Positions 1 through 8,651 of a DNA stretch of 64,000 nt are shown here, piece after piece. The stretch's first letter is position 1. The number at the start of each line of letters is the position of its first letter. The translations under genes and the position numbers were made by a program. The notes below the pieces were generated by a model, which did not search any database, was not told the origin of the DNA, and saw only the letters and a list, made by a program, of their open reading frames with translations. This stretch comes from a phage. The stretch lies in sequence record OZ556245.1; one strand, 5' to 3'.

Positions 1-603
1 CAATGGTTCCGAGATAGATGTTTTGAGGCAGGTAGTGCACCTATAGTGTTTAATATCACTGGAGATTTAGTATCATATTCTAAAGATGTTCCTTTATTCT
101 TTATGTACGGAGATACACCGAATGAATATGTTCAGTTGAACATACATGGTGTAACGATGTATGGCCGTGGCGGGAATGGCGGTAGCAATAGTCCTGGCTC
201 AGCTGGGGGTCATTGTATTCAAAATGATATTGGTGGGAGACTAAGAATTAATAATGGCGGAGCTATTGCTGGCGGCGGTGGCGGCGGTGGCGGCGGGTAT
301 TATTCTCCTTTTTCACAAATGAGATTGACCTTTGGCGGTGGCGGCGGTCGTCCGTTTGGCGCACCGGGCGGATCTATTAATATGCAATCAGGAGCAACTG
401 CTGGTACTATTTCTGCGCCAGGCGCAGGGTCTGTGAACGGTATCTACAACGGCGGGTCTGGTGGTGAAGTTGGCTCCGCAGGAGGTAGATGTAATATTCG
501 TGGTCAAGGATATGAATACGATGGCGGAGCTGCTGGTTATGCCGTCATAGGGTCTACACCGACATGGCAAAACGTTGGAGCAATATATGGTCCAAGAGTA
601 TAA
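1..603 (+). CDS. 38: Tail-fibre receptor-recognising adhesin gp38, C-terminal part (5' end lies outside window)
   Basis: Frame is open from base 1 (ORF-track start at 46 is an internal GTG); glycine-rich blocks ([38 protein letters not shown]) alternate with variable segments as in T2/T6-type gp38; holin t follows immediately as in T-even genomes. Confidence 0.7.
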   Translation, partial: QWFRDRCFEAGSAPIVFNITGDLVSYSKDVPLFFMYGDTPNEYVQLNIHGVTMYGRGGNGGSNSPGSAGGHCIQNDIGGRLRINNGGAIAGGGGGGGGGYYSPFSQMRLTFGGGGGRPFGAPGGSINMQSGATAGTISAPGAGSVNGIYNGGSGGEVGSAGGRCNIRGQGYEYDGGAAGYAVIGSTPTWQNVGAIYGPRV

Positions 604-609
604 TTTTTG

Positions 610-617
610 AATAAATA
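610..617 (+). promoter_or_regulatory. Possible late promoter for t (AATAAATA, one mismatch to TATAAATA)
   Basis: aataaata about 19 nt upstream of the t start codon; weak match. Confidence 0.25.
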
Positions 618-635
618 CCCTTAAAAGGAGGGTCT

Positions 636-1292
636 ATGACAGCACCTAGAATATCATTTTCGCCCTCTGATATTCTGTTTGGTGTTCTAGATCGCTTGTT
701 CAAAGATAATGCTACCGGGGAAGTTCTTGCTTCCAGGGTAGCTGTCGTAATTCTTTTGTTTATAATGGCGATTGTTTGGTATAGGGGAGATAGTTTCTTT
801 GAGTACTATAAGCAATCAAAGTATGAAACATACAGTGAAATTATTGAAAAGGAAAGAAATGCACGCTTTGAATCTGTCGCCCTGGAACAACTCCAGATAG
901 TTCATATATCATCTGAGGCAGACTTTAGTGCGGTGTATTCTTTCCGCCCTAAAAACTTAAACTATTTTGTTGATATTATAGCATACGAAGGAAAACTACC
1001 TTCAACAATAAGTGAAAAATCACTTGGAGGATATCCTGTTGATAAAACTATGGATGAATATGCAGTTCATTTAAATGGACGTCATTATTATTCAAACTCA
1101 AAATTTGCTTTTTTACCAACTAAAAAGCCTACTCCCGAAATAAATTACATGTACAGTTGTCCATATTTTAATTTGGATAATATCTATGCTGGAACAATAA
1201 CCATGTACTGGTATAGAAATGATCATATAAGTAATGACCGCCTTGAATCAATATGTGCTCAGGCGGCCAGAATATTAGGAAGGGCTAAATAA
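636..1292 (+). CDS. t: Holin T (lysis timing)
   Basis: 218 aa, same length as T4 holin; N-terminal TM segment (VAVVILLFIMAIVWY) and large C-terminal domain; strong RBS aaggaggg 4 nt upstream of ATG; synteny after gene 38. Confidence 0.9.
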   Translation: MTAPRISFSPSDILFGVLDRLFKDNATGEVLASRVAVVILLFIMAIVWYRGDSFFEYYKQSKYETYSEIIEKERNARFESVALEQLQIVHISSEADFSAVYSFRPKNLNYFVDIIAYEGKLPSTISEKSLGGYPVDKTMDEYAVHLNGRHYYSNSKFAFLPTKKPTPEINYMYSCPYFNLDNIYAGTITMYWYRNDHISNDRLESICAQAARILGRAK

Positions 1293-1565
1293 TTATTTGT
1301 TTGTATACATTTCTAGATATCGATATACACCCTCAAAACCCTCGTTGAATTCGTCGATGAGGGTTTTCTTATCTTCTTGAGTTAATTCAGAAACAATTTT
1401 ACGGAATGAATTCTGATTTAACTTTCTACCTTCATGCGTTACTCCAATCTCATTCAGAAATGCAATAAAATTAGCACGATTCTCAACAATATCTTCTCTG
1501 GAAAATTTAATCAAAATAGACGCAACAGTAATAATTTCACGAACTGTATCAATATTTTTATTCAT
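1293..1565 (-). CDS. asiA: Anti-sigma-70 factor AsiA
   Basis: 90 aa starting MNKNIDTVREIITVASILIKFSRED, recognised as T4 AsiA; ATG verified at 1565. Confidence 0.9.
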   Translation of the reverse strand: MNKNIDTVREIITVASILIKFSREDIVENRANFIAFLNEIGVTHEGRKLNQNSFRKIVSELTQEDKKTLIDEFNEGFEGVYRYLEMYTNK

Positions 1566-1577
1566 TAACTATACCAC

Positions 1578-1730
1578 TCAATTAGTTGACTTTGTTATAA
1601 TATCATCAGACGCTTGATTTGTAAACTGGTCTGTGGTATTTTCTTCAAAAATTTTTTCTACGAATTCCTTGAACGACTTACGTTCCTGAGCTACATTATG
1701 CTCGATTACTTTTTCAAGATTATGACTCAT
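1578..1730 (-). CDS. Small hypothetical protein (asiA.1-like position)
   Basis: 50-codon ORF MSHNLEKVIEH...; its ATG overlaps the arn stop (ATGA). Confidence 0.35.
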   Translation of the reverse strand: MSHNLEKVIEHNVAQERKSFKEFVEKIFEENTTDQFTNQASDDIITKSTN

Positions 1731-2005
1731 TCGAAATAATCTTCAATTTCATAATCAAGGACATAAATCATTATAGTTTTTAATACATCATCAATACTTT
1801 TTCCTGGAGCTGGAATTACGTAAAAATATCCCGCCTTTGAGTTATCTTTATAAGTTCCAATCAAGAAATCATTATTCCCAAGATGTAGTTCTTCAACTAA
1901 TTCATTAACAATTGAGTGGTATAAATTTGGTAGAAACTTGTATAGCTTTTCTAGAATATCAATTTTGATTGTGTATTGAACCACAGACTGAGAATCAATA
2001 ATCAT
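1727..2005 (-). CDS. arn: Anti-restriction nuclease Arn (anti-McrBC)
   Basis: 92 aa, acidic, T4 Arn length and position between asiA and motA. Confidence 0.8.
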   Translation of the reverse strand: MIIDSQSVVQYTIKIDILEKLYKFLPNLYHSIVNELVEELHLGNNDFLIGTYKDNSKAGYFYVIPAPGKSIDDVLKTIMIYVLDYEIEDYFE

Positions 2006-2088
2006 AGACCTTCCCCTTATGTTTCTGTTTGCGATTAGATTCTTTAAACGCTTTCTTCTTATCCTTATGGACAGAAGCTTTATTAAAA

Positions 2089-2307
2089 TTATGTTTTGCG
2101 ACTAAATTGTTCATAGTGCTGAATTACCTCTCTTAGACATTTGCATGTGAATGAAAACTTTTTAGCTACACCACATTCAAATATATGTTCTCTTAAATCA
2201 CGCGTGTCAGTATATCCCATCTCAACAATAAAATGTCTTATTAGATTTTTATCTTTATCATTGAGAGAATTAAAATAATCGGATTTTGAATTAATTTCCC
2301 TGGCCAA
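2089..2307 (-). CDS. Hypothetical early protein (arn.x-like)
   Basis: 72-aa ORF in the arn-motA interval. Confidence 0.4.
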   Translation of the reverse strand: MAREINSKSDYFNSLNDKDKNLIRHFIVEMGYTDTRDLREHIFECGVAKKFSFTCKCLREVIQHYEQFSRKT

Positions 2308-2587
2308 ATTGAATAACCTTTAGTTGACGTTTTAGTTCTTTTATCATTTCTTCGTTCATCGCAATATAAAGATCGCGTAAAGCAGGTTTTAGCATTCCAT
2401 TTACTGGAGAACTAAATGGACATACATAATCTTTTCCTACGAGCTTTTTGGTGAATTCCATATCACAGAACTGAAATGCCGGTTCATTGGCATAAATTCC
2501 CCAATTAGTTGACATCATTTTATTGGCATATTCCAACGCCTGGATTTGATTCTTAATTCCATCAATTTGAAACTTTTTAATATTCAT
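2291..2587 (-). CDS. Hypothetical early protein (arn.x-like)
   Basis: 98-aa ORF, head-to-tail with neighbours. Confidence 0.4.
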   Translation of the reverse strand: MNIKKFQIDGIKNQIQALEYANKMMSTNWGIYANEPAFQFCDMEFTKKLVGKDYVCPFSSPVNGMLKPALRDLYIAMNEEMIKELKRQLKVIQFGQGN

Positions 2588-3048
2588 TAGTAAAGGTCCT
2601 CAGAGTAAAGTTCTTTTTCACTACCACCGCGTTCAATACGTACTTGTCCGGCGTAAGTTGCAATAATCATTGCTTCTTCACGTGTCCAGTAATTGCTATA
2701 CTGATCAATAAACCCTTGGTCATCATCACAAACTTGCTGAGTAACTAATTGGGGTTTAACTACATCTAAAACTTCTGCCATATCTTTAGAATAATGACGA
2801 GCACCTGGAATAACAAGAGTTCGTCCATCTTTTAATTTAAAACGGTTGGCGGCACAAACAATTCGTCGTTGATACTTTTGGTTTTCATCCCAGTATGCGG
2901 TCTGCCAACAGATTTCAGGAACTTCTTTCAGAATATCTTCTTCTGTGCATTTATAACCATGTGCTTTAAATTTTTCAACAAGACTTTCTGGAGTTTCACG
3001 AGATAAAGGAACATTCAGCATTTTTAAACGATTAATAAATGGGTTCAT
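2587..3048 (-). CDS. Hypothetical early protein (arn.x-like)
   Basis: 153-aa ORF with overlapping stop/start against both neighbours. Confidence 0.45.
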   Translation of the reverse strand: MNPFINRLKMLNVPLSRETPESLVEKFKAHGYKCTEEDILKEVPEICWQTAYWDENQKYQRRIVCAANRFKLKDGRTLVIPGARHYSKDMAEVLDVVKPQLVTQQVCDDDQGFIDQYSNYWTREEAMIIATYAGQVRIERGGSEKELYSEDLY

Positions 3049-3389
3049 TTAAACCATCCTTTAATACGCTGCCACAGAGTTTTCTGTTGAGCTTTGTTAA
3101 CACCAATTGAGCGAATAACTGGTTGAGATTCCTGGAATTCTTTATAATCAGCAAGGTAAATTTCGTAAGCCGATTGAACAAAGGTACTAATCGCTGCCAT
3201 GAAGTTTTTACGTACACCGCCAGGAGCTACTCCGTTAGGTAATTCAGAATTTTCACGAATAATTAAATATAGCCCAGTTCTAACTTTAACAATAGTTCCA
3301 AGATAAGCTCCATGATACCAGATATCCCACCCCTCTTGAGTGGGTTCTGCACAACGACGAAGTTCATTAACAATTTCTAACTTGTTCAT
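3045..3389 (-). CDS. Hypothetical early protein (arn.x-like)
   Basis: 114-aa ORF immediately downstream of motA. Confidence 0.45.
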   Translation of the reverse strand: MNKLEIVNELRRCAEPTQEGWDIWYHGAYLGTIVKVRTGLYLIIRENSELPNGVAPGGVRKNFMAAISTFVQSAYEIYLADYKEFQESQPVIRSIGVNKAQQKTLWQRIKGWFK

Positions 3390-3399
3390 TATTTATTCC

Positions 3400-4035
3400 T
3401 CACAGTTCAGATGCTACGGTGATTACTGCTTCAATGTTTTCTGCCGAGCGTTTAATGTCAAGATACACATTGCCGTTTTTAGCGATTTTACATGACATTC
3501 CGATATCAGTAAATTTCTGAATATGATGTTCCATCATTTTGTATCCAAAAATTCGCATATTTCCATTGTTATTAATTTCAAAATTACGAATTCCGTGAGT
3601 GCGTTTTTCTAAAATAGCAAGATAGTTACTGCGGTAAGTTTCAACCTTTTTAAGAACAAATCCATTTTCATCTAAAAGTTTTAGCATGAGGTCTTTATCT
3701 TCTTCCATATCGGAAGTAATCTCACGAGCTTTACGAGTTGCTCGTTTTTTCAGCAGTTCAGGAGCATTTTCCTGTGCATATAAAGTTGCCGCATTTGAAA
3801 TAATATCCTGAGCTTCACCTGTAATGATCAATCCATCACCAGATTTCTCCACCAGGCCTTTTTTAATCAATACCCCAATATTACTATTAACTACTGCATT
3901 ACCTAAATCTGGATGCACCTCACGAACTTCTGCGGCTGTAATGAAATCTTTCTTAGCAATGGTAATTAAAATCGCAGCAGTTTTTTCATTCAGAACATCG
4001 TTAGAAGCTTTGATGATGTAAGTTACTTTAGACAT
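3400..4035 (-). CDS. motA: Middle-transcription activator MotA
   Basis: 211 aa, MSKVTYIIKASNDVLNEKTAAILITIAKKDFITAAEVREVHPDLGNAV recognised as MotA; RBS ggag 7 nt upstream. Confidence 0.9.
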   Translation of the reverse strand: MSKVTYIIKASNDVLNEKTAAILITIAKKDFITAAEVREVHPDLGNAVVNSNIGVLIKKGLVEKSGDGLIITGEAQDIISNAATLYAQENAPELLKKRATRKAREITSDMEEDKDLMLKLLDENGFVLKKVETYRSNYLAILEKRTHGIRNFEINNNGNMRIFGYKMMEHHIQKFTDIGMSCKIAKNGNVYLDIKRSAENIEAVITVASEL

Positions 4036-4072
4036 TTTAATCTCCGTTTCAGTTCATTTATTTGATAGGTCT

Positions 4073-4101
4073 ATAGTATCATGTTTAAAGCAGAAGTAAA
4101 C
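4073..4101 (-). promoter_or_regulatory. T4-type early promoter driving motA
   Basis: Minus strand reads GTTTAC - 17 nt - TACTAT, upstream of motA. Confidence 0.6.
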
Positions 4102-4140
4102 ACTTTTTTGCACTCTTTTTCAAGAGCTCTAATAAAGTAC

Positions 4141-4368
4141 TTACTTAATGTTCAGATTACGAACTTCGATTTCGTCTTCATGGGCAAAATCAAACTGTTT
4201 GAATTCTGTGTCACCTTTAAATTTAAAAATCATTGTGAAGAAAGTCAGAACACCAGGTTTTTCTTCACGAACTCCACAGATATCATATTCAATACCATCT
4301 ACAACCAGTTTGTTAGCAGTCAGAGCATTTTTAGCTTTAACGATTTCGTTTTCGATTTTAAATTTCAT
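4141..4368 (-). CDS. Hypothetical early protein (motA.1-like)
   Basis: 75-aa ORF between two early promoters. Confidence 0.45.
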   Translation of the reverse strand: MKFKIENEIVKAKNALTANKLVVDGIEYDICGVREEKPGVLTFFTMIFKFKGDTEFKQFDFAHEDEIEVRNLNIK

Positions 4369-4417
4369 TTTTTGTATCTCCGGGTTGTTTGTTTCAGTTC
4401 ATTTATTTGATAGTTGT

Positions 4418-4447
4418 ATAGTACCATAAAGCTTTATGCTTGTAAAC
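4418..4447 (-). promoter_or_regulatory. T4-type early promoter
   Basis: Minus strand GTTTACA - 17 nt - TACTAT; lies inside the 76-bp repeat 4407-4482. Confidence 0.6.
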
Positions 4448-4464
4448 CGTTTTGTGAAAAAATT

Positions 4465-4497
4465 TTGAAATAAAAAAGGGAGAGCCTCGGCTCTCCC
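4465..4497 (-). terminator. Rho-independent terminator after the gene 52 operon
   Basis: Stem gggagag/ctctccc with 6-nt loop, followed on the minus strand by UUUUUUAUUUC. Confidence 0.6.
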
Positions 4498-4502
4498 TAA
4501 AA

Positions 4503-4652
4503 TTACTGCATGACTGTGATAACTGTCATGATAACACGTTGAATTCCGAACGCAAGAAGACCTCCTGCTACGGCAGGAACAACACCTAAACCCGCCAGTA
4601 AAATGCCACCAGATACTAATGCAGCGCTTGTAATACCTATGAATGGACTCAT
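4503..4652 (-). CDS. Small membrane protein
   Basis: 49 codons, MSPFIGITSAALVSGGILLAGLGVVPAVAGG..., ATG overlaps gene 52 stop (ATGA). Confidence 0.4.
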   Translation of the reverse strand: MSPFIGITSAALVSGGILLAGLGVVPAVAGGLLAFGIQRVIMTVITVMQ

Positions 4653-5977
4653 TTGATTTCCTCTAAATCTTTGGTGTATTCTGTAACTACATCAGTAGTT
4701 TTCCAATATTCGTTTTCTTCTTTTTTAGCTTTAGCTTCTTCAGCAAGTTTCTTTGCTTCGTCGGAAGTCATATGAAAAATATTCATTCCAACTAGTTTAT
4801 CAACATAAGAAGAATACATATCAATTTTAGAAAGTTCTTCGGTCAGTTCTTTGCGAGTTTTACCTTGTACAACAATTTCACCTGAAATTACTTTCTTAAT
4901 GAAATGTGCCTTGGCAAAGGCTAAACGAAATGCTGATTCAGTTTCTTTGATTTTGTTATCAATTCGTTTTTGGACATAAGTTTTACGAACTTCAACGAAG
5001 TCTTTGATTAAATCAACTACGTTATCGTAAACTTGTAGTTTTCCTTTCTCATTAATAACGGTAATATTCTGGGAACGACGCTCAATCAACCCGAAGTCTT
5101 TCATAATTTTTGCATGGCGTTCTTCTTCGTTATCGCTTAAGGAATATTCTTTACGGAATTTAACTTTGAAGCCAAAACCATGCTCACCGCAAGCATCATC
5201 CCACGTAATGAAACCTTTATCTTCAAGCGGGTCTAAGATTTTACTCACATAAGTTTCACGATCATACTTATACGGAATCTCAGTGATATGCATTTGAGTT
5301 CGCGAAGTAAACTTGTACGTTCCACGAATTTCATATTGACCGTCAATTTCAACGACTTCACCACGAAATTCTGGGAATTCTACCTTAGGTTTAGTTACTT
5401 TCTTTCCTTGAAGAGCTTGCAATACAGCTTTCTTGACAGAAGAAACACTATGAGGAAGAATGTAAGTTGCATAACCAGTTGCAATACCGGAAACACCATT
5501 AAGAAGAACAGTAGGAATAATAGGCAAATAGAAAGCAGGCGGAATGTGTTCTTTATCTTGATGTACCGGAGCATATTCAGTATCTTTATATACGTTATAG
5601 AAATTTTTACTTACACGAGCAAAAATATAACGACTTGCCGCTGCTTTTTGAACGGTACGAGAACCAAAGTTTCCTTGACCATCTAACAGAGGAAAGTTAT
5701 TATTCCAAGTATTAGCCATCAAAGCACCTGCGTCTTGTGCAGAGTTTTCACCATGATGATATCCAAGGTCTGCTACACCACCTGCAATAGAAGCGAGTTT
5801 GTGAAACTTATCTTTATTTCCTCGTGCCAAATCAAGAGCTCGAGCAATAACAAATCGTTGAACTGGCTTAAATCCATCAATCATATTTGGGATAGCACGA
5901 TTTTCAACCGTGTACATAGCATAAGCCAATGCTTCGTTATCAATGATACTTTTTAAATCGCGATTATTCAGTTGCAT
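4649..5977 (-). CDS. 52: DNA topoisomerase II medium subunit gp52 (GyrA-like)
   Basis: 442 aa, T4 gp52 length; ATG verified; synteny. Confidence 0.9.
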   Translation of the reverse strand: MQLNNRDLKSIIDNEALAYAMYTVENRAIPNMIDGFKPVQRFVIARALDLARGNKDKFHKLASIAGGVADLGYHHGENSAQDAGALMANTWNNNFPLLDGQGNFGSRTVQKAAASRYIFARVSKNFYNVYKDTEYAPVHQDKEHIPPAFYLPIIPTVLLNGVSGIATGYATYILPHSVSSVKKAVLQALQGKKVTKPKVEFPEFRGEVVEIDGQYEIRGTYKFTSRTQMHITEIPYKYDRETYVSKILDPLEDKGFITWDDACGEHGFGFKVKFRKEYSLSDNEEERHAKIMKDFGLIERRSQNITVINEKGKLQVYDNVVDLIKDFVEVRKTYVQKRIDNKIKETESAFRLAFAKAHFIKKVISGEIVVQGKTRKELTEELSKIDMYSSYVDKLVGMNIFHMTSDEAKKLAEEAKAKKEENEYWKTTDVVTEYTKDLEEIK

Positions 5978-5981
5978 AAAT

Positions 5982-6122
5982 TTACCATACTAGTGAATGT
6001 AGTGCCATAATAACATCAGAAATGAAAAGCACGACTTGAATTAATCCGAACATTACTCCATAATATAGTGCTACCAATAAAGTAGCAAGGGCTAATGAAT
6101 AGCCCAAGATTTTCTTAATCAT
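5982..6122 (-). CDS. Small hydrophobic membrane peptide
   Basis: 46 codons [33 protein letters not shown]...; below ORF-track cutoff, translated by hand. Confidence 0.35.
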   Translation of the reverse strand: MIKKILGYSLALATLLVALYYGVMFGLIQVVLFISDVIMALHSLVW

Positions 6123-6273
6123 TAGTAGATAACAACACAAATGTTAAATATGCACACATACCCTGAGATAAAGCTTGTGAAAACACGCTGTTAGCATCGG
6201 TGCAGATAGTTAAAACACATGCTACTATCCAACAAATCATTGAAATAATTCCAATAATTTTCGTAATATTCAT
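6115..6273 (-). CDS. Small hydrophobic membrane peptide (ac-like position)
   Basis: 52 codons [26 protein letters not shown]...; preceded by RBS GAGGAG; same region as T4 ac (51 aa). Confidence 0.4.
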   Translation of the reverse strand: MNITKIIGIISMICWIVACVLTICTDANSVFSQALSQGMCAYLTFVLLSTND

Positions 6274-6370
6274 AATATTCTCCTCGATTGTTTTTAAAAC
6301 CTAAAACACCGAAATTTTTAAGATTGTTACGATAGAACTGCATCACATGTTCGTTATGGAAATTACTCAT
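6191..6370 (-). CDS. stp: Stp-like peptide, C-terminally extended
   Basis: Hand translation [18 protein letters not shown]... matches the first 18 residues of T4 Stp as I recall it, but continues to 59 codons; start overlaps ndd stop (TAATG). Confidence 0.5.
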   Translation of the reverse strand: MSNFHNEHVMQFYRNNLKNFGVLGFKNNRGEYYEYYENYWNYFNDLLDSSMCFNYLHRC

Positions 6371-6822
6371 TAGTATACCTGCAAAACAAATTTAAAGTTA
6401 TCAGCCAACATACGGTTCATTTCTTCAAGTGTTTGATACTCAGAATGATGATTACGAGTAAACGCTAAAGCTAACTGACCTTTTCCAAATCCTGTCGTCA
6501 AAGGTTTCATCTTAGAAGCAGGCAAATAAAATACTGCGTATGGAACATTATTATTTGCAATAGTGCGCGCGAGCTGAGACCGACGTTGACGAATATGACT
6601 TAGAACTGCACTGAATCCTTGTTTAGAACGCTGATTACCTACATAAAATCGTGCAGATACGCATGAACCATATGAACCATCGAATTCGCTTATTAAAAAG
6701 TAAAATCCAGGTTTAGATAAAATATCTTTGTGCGGAGTTCCCAAAAACCATTCACCGCCCTTGATTGTACCAATAACAGTAGCACCTGCATTATTCAGAT
6801 CAGTAACAGTCATGTATTTCAT
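6370..6822 (-). CDS. ndd: Nucleoid disruption protein Ndd
   Basis: 150 aa, position upstream of stp, T4 Ndd-like size. Confidence 0.7.
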   Translation of the reverse strand: MKYMTVTDLNNAGATVIGTIKGGEWFLGTPHKDILSKPGFYFLISEFDGSYGSCVSARFYVGNQRSKQGFSAVLSHIRQRRSQLARTIANNNVPYAVFYLPASKMKPLTTGFGKGQLALAFTRNHHSEYQTLEEMNRMLADNFKFVLQVY

Positions 6823-6881
6823 ATTAATTTCCTCTAATTATTTTCTACTCCAAGGCCGCATGAATACACACGGCCGATAAA

Positions 6882-7097
6882 TTAATCGTCGCAGTCGACG
6901 CTCAATTCCCAGAACTCTTCTACGGTATAAGTTTCAGTATCATTTTCAATACAGAAACGTTCATTACTGTTGTTTGCTAAAGTAGCATTAACTGTCATTT
7001 TCTCGCTAGTGCTCTTAAGAGGTGAAATACGAATTAACTGATCACCACTATCTAAGCAAAAAATTTCGCCAACTTTTACATCTTTAAAAATTTTCAT
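6882..7097 (-). CDS. Hypothetical protein (ndd.x-like)
   Basis: 71-aa ORF. Confidence 0.4.
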   Translation of the reverse strand: MKIFKDVKVGEIFCLDSGDQLIRISPLKSTSEKMTVNATLANNSNERFCIENDTETYTVEEFWELSVDCDD

Positions 7098-7212
7098 AAT
7101 TCACCTCAGGGAGTATAAAATCCAAATGCAGTTGTTGACCATCCCATCCAATACGGAAAATTTGCACCGACGTAAAACATGAGAATATAAAACCAACCAC
7201 TCAATAAATTCA

Positions 7213-7431
7213 TCATTTTACACCATTCCAAATTGTTTCAACCACAGATTTTAAGCCATTTTGATGAATGTCCATTCCGACAACTGCCATCAAATAAATT
7301 CCAACTACAACTGAACCTAAGGCAAAAATCAGCATGAAAATGAATAAAGCCGGAAAAATATTATCGAAAAACCATTCAATAAATGTAAAAGCACTGCGTT
7401 TACGCTTCATATTTTCCTCACATAAATCCAA
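7213..7431 (-). CDS. Small membrane protein
   Basis: 72 aa with hydrophobic core FPALFIFMLIFALGSVVVGIYLMAVV. Confidence 0.4.
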   Translation of the reverse strand: MDLCEENMKRKRSAFTFIEWFFDNIFPALFIFMLIFALGSVVVGIYLMAVVGMDIHQNGLKSVVETIWNGVK

Positions 7432-7531
7432 AGTAAGCGTTTAATACATCAATCATTAAAACGATTGGGAATATACTCAAAACTACTAGTATTATAACTA
7501 CATTCCATATAGCTTTAACAATCTTTTTCAT
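7418..7531 (-). CDS. Small membrane peptide
   Basis: ORF-track ORF trimmed to the ATG downstream of the promoter at 7559-7589; MKKIVKAIWNVVIILVVLSIFPIVLMIDVLNAYFGFM; RBS cctcc. Confidence 0.35.
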   Translation of the reverse strand: MKKIVKAIWNVVIILVVLSIFPIVLMIDVLNAYFGFM

Positions 7532-7558
7532 TTTCTGTTCCTCCGTAGTTGATAGTTG

Positions 7559-7589
7559 TATAGTACCACAAAGGAACAGTCTTGTAAAC
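7559..7589 (-). promoter_or_regulatory. T4-type early promoter
   Basis: Minus strand GTTTACA - spacer - TACTATAC; part of the recurring cassette. Confidence 0.55.
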
Positions 7590-7805
7590 AACTTTTTAAA
7601 AATATTCGTAATAAATGTGAATACCAATCACCACTGCCGAAACTTGTGCAACCCACCATGCACAAGCAATAAGTACAGAATTCAAAATTTTCATAATAAC
7701 CTCATTACAAAAGTAAATGTTAAACAAATTAATGGAATACTAACTAACCAAACAAAACACCACCACAATGAACTCATAGTTCAATCTCAACGATTTTCAT
7801 TTTAC

Positions 7806-8012
7806 TCAATAATCCGCTAAAAGATCGACGATTGTATCACGAAGACATTTATTCGCGATACGTTTAAGAGCAATTTCAGTTTCTGGAGCATTTTGAATAA
7901 TCATTGAATTCAATTCAGCTTCAGCAAACTGAAGTTCTTTAACTAATTCAGCTTTATATTTTCCTTGCCCTTTCTTAGCTTTTGCTCGTTTTAATTCAGC
8001 TGTAGTAAACAT
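7806..8012 (-). CDS. Hypothetical protein
   Basis: ORF-track start is TTG; trimmed to ATG at 8012 preceded by GGAGA. Confidence 0.4.
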   Translation of the reverse strand: MFTTAELKRAKAKKGQGKYKAELVKELQFAEAELNSMIIQNAPETEIALKRIANKCLRDTIVDLLADY

Positions 8013-8045
8013 TTTATTCTCCAAATCCGTATCAGTTGATAGTTG

Positions 8046-8076
8046 TATAATACCACAGTCCTTGTGGTATGTAAAC
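8046..8076 (-). promoter_or_regulatory. T4-type early promoter
   Basis: Minus strand GTTTAC - spacer - TATTATACA. Confidence 0.55.
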
Positions 8077-8093
8077 CATTTTGTGAAAATTTT

Positions 8094-8651
8094 TTAAATG
8101 GAAAGATACCATCCGTTGTAGTTGCTTTTTCTTACAACCTTACGAAGGTCTTCTCTATCACCGATGAACTTCGGAGTGTACTGGATGACACCTGGATGAA
8201 TTTCTTTAGTGTTGAATATAATTATACAGTCAGCGACCTGATGATTCAGAATGGGCCCTAGATTTATTCCAGAACCGTATGGATACTCTCCGCTGCATCC
8301 TGTTGTTACAGAAATCCAACGCGAGTCAGTTTGATGTGTCTTAACTTCTACGCGAAGCCCGCAGTATCTTGGATGCGCCAATACATCCCATGCGTATGTA
8401 TACGGGTCATTAACATCCTCTTGGCCTTTGTTAACATACCCGCTTAGCCAATCTGCTACAAAAAACTCTGCGTACACCGCGATACGACATCTTTCAATAA
8501 CTTCTGCTTTATCCTGGTTCGGGTTTTGTTTTAAAGAGTATCTTGCTGTATCAGCAATTTTGACCTTCATTTCACTAGTCAAGTCACTGTTCGATAGGGT
8601 AAATGTCGGAATCTGAAATAGTCTCTGTAAACCCGGATTCGTTTTCTGCAT
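8094..8651 (-). CDS. denB: Endonuclease IV DenB
   Basis: 185 aa, T4 DenB length, located downstream of rIIB. Confidence 0.7.
   Translation of the reverse strand: MQKTNPGLQRLFQIPTFTLSNSDLTSEMKVKIADTARYSLKQNPNQDKAEVIERCRIAVYAEFFVADWLSGYVNKGQEDVNDPYTYAWDVLAHPRYCGLRVEVKTHQTDSRWISVTTGCSGEYPYGSGINLGPILNHQVADCIIIFNTKEIHPGVIQYTPKFIGDREDLRKVVRKSNYNGWYLSI

Noticed and set aside
388-570. Minus-strand 60-aa ORF inside gene 38
   Set aside because: Antisense to the GC-rich glycine-repeat region, which generates spurious open frames.
3824-4021. Plus-strand 65-aa ORF inside motA
   Set aside because: Antisense to motA, with no start context.
5288-5956. Plus-strand ORFs (5288-5686, 5735-5956) inside gene 52
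   Set aside because: Antisense to a well-supported 442-codon gene; low-complexity, stop-poor AT-rich frames with no RBS.
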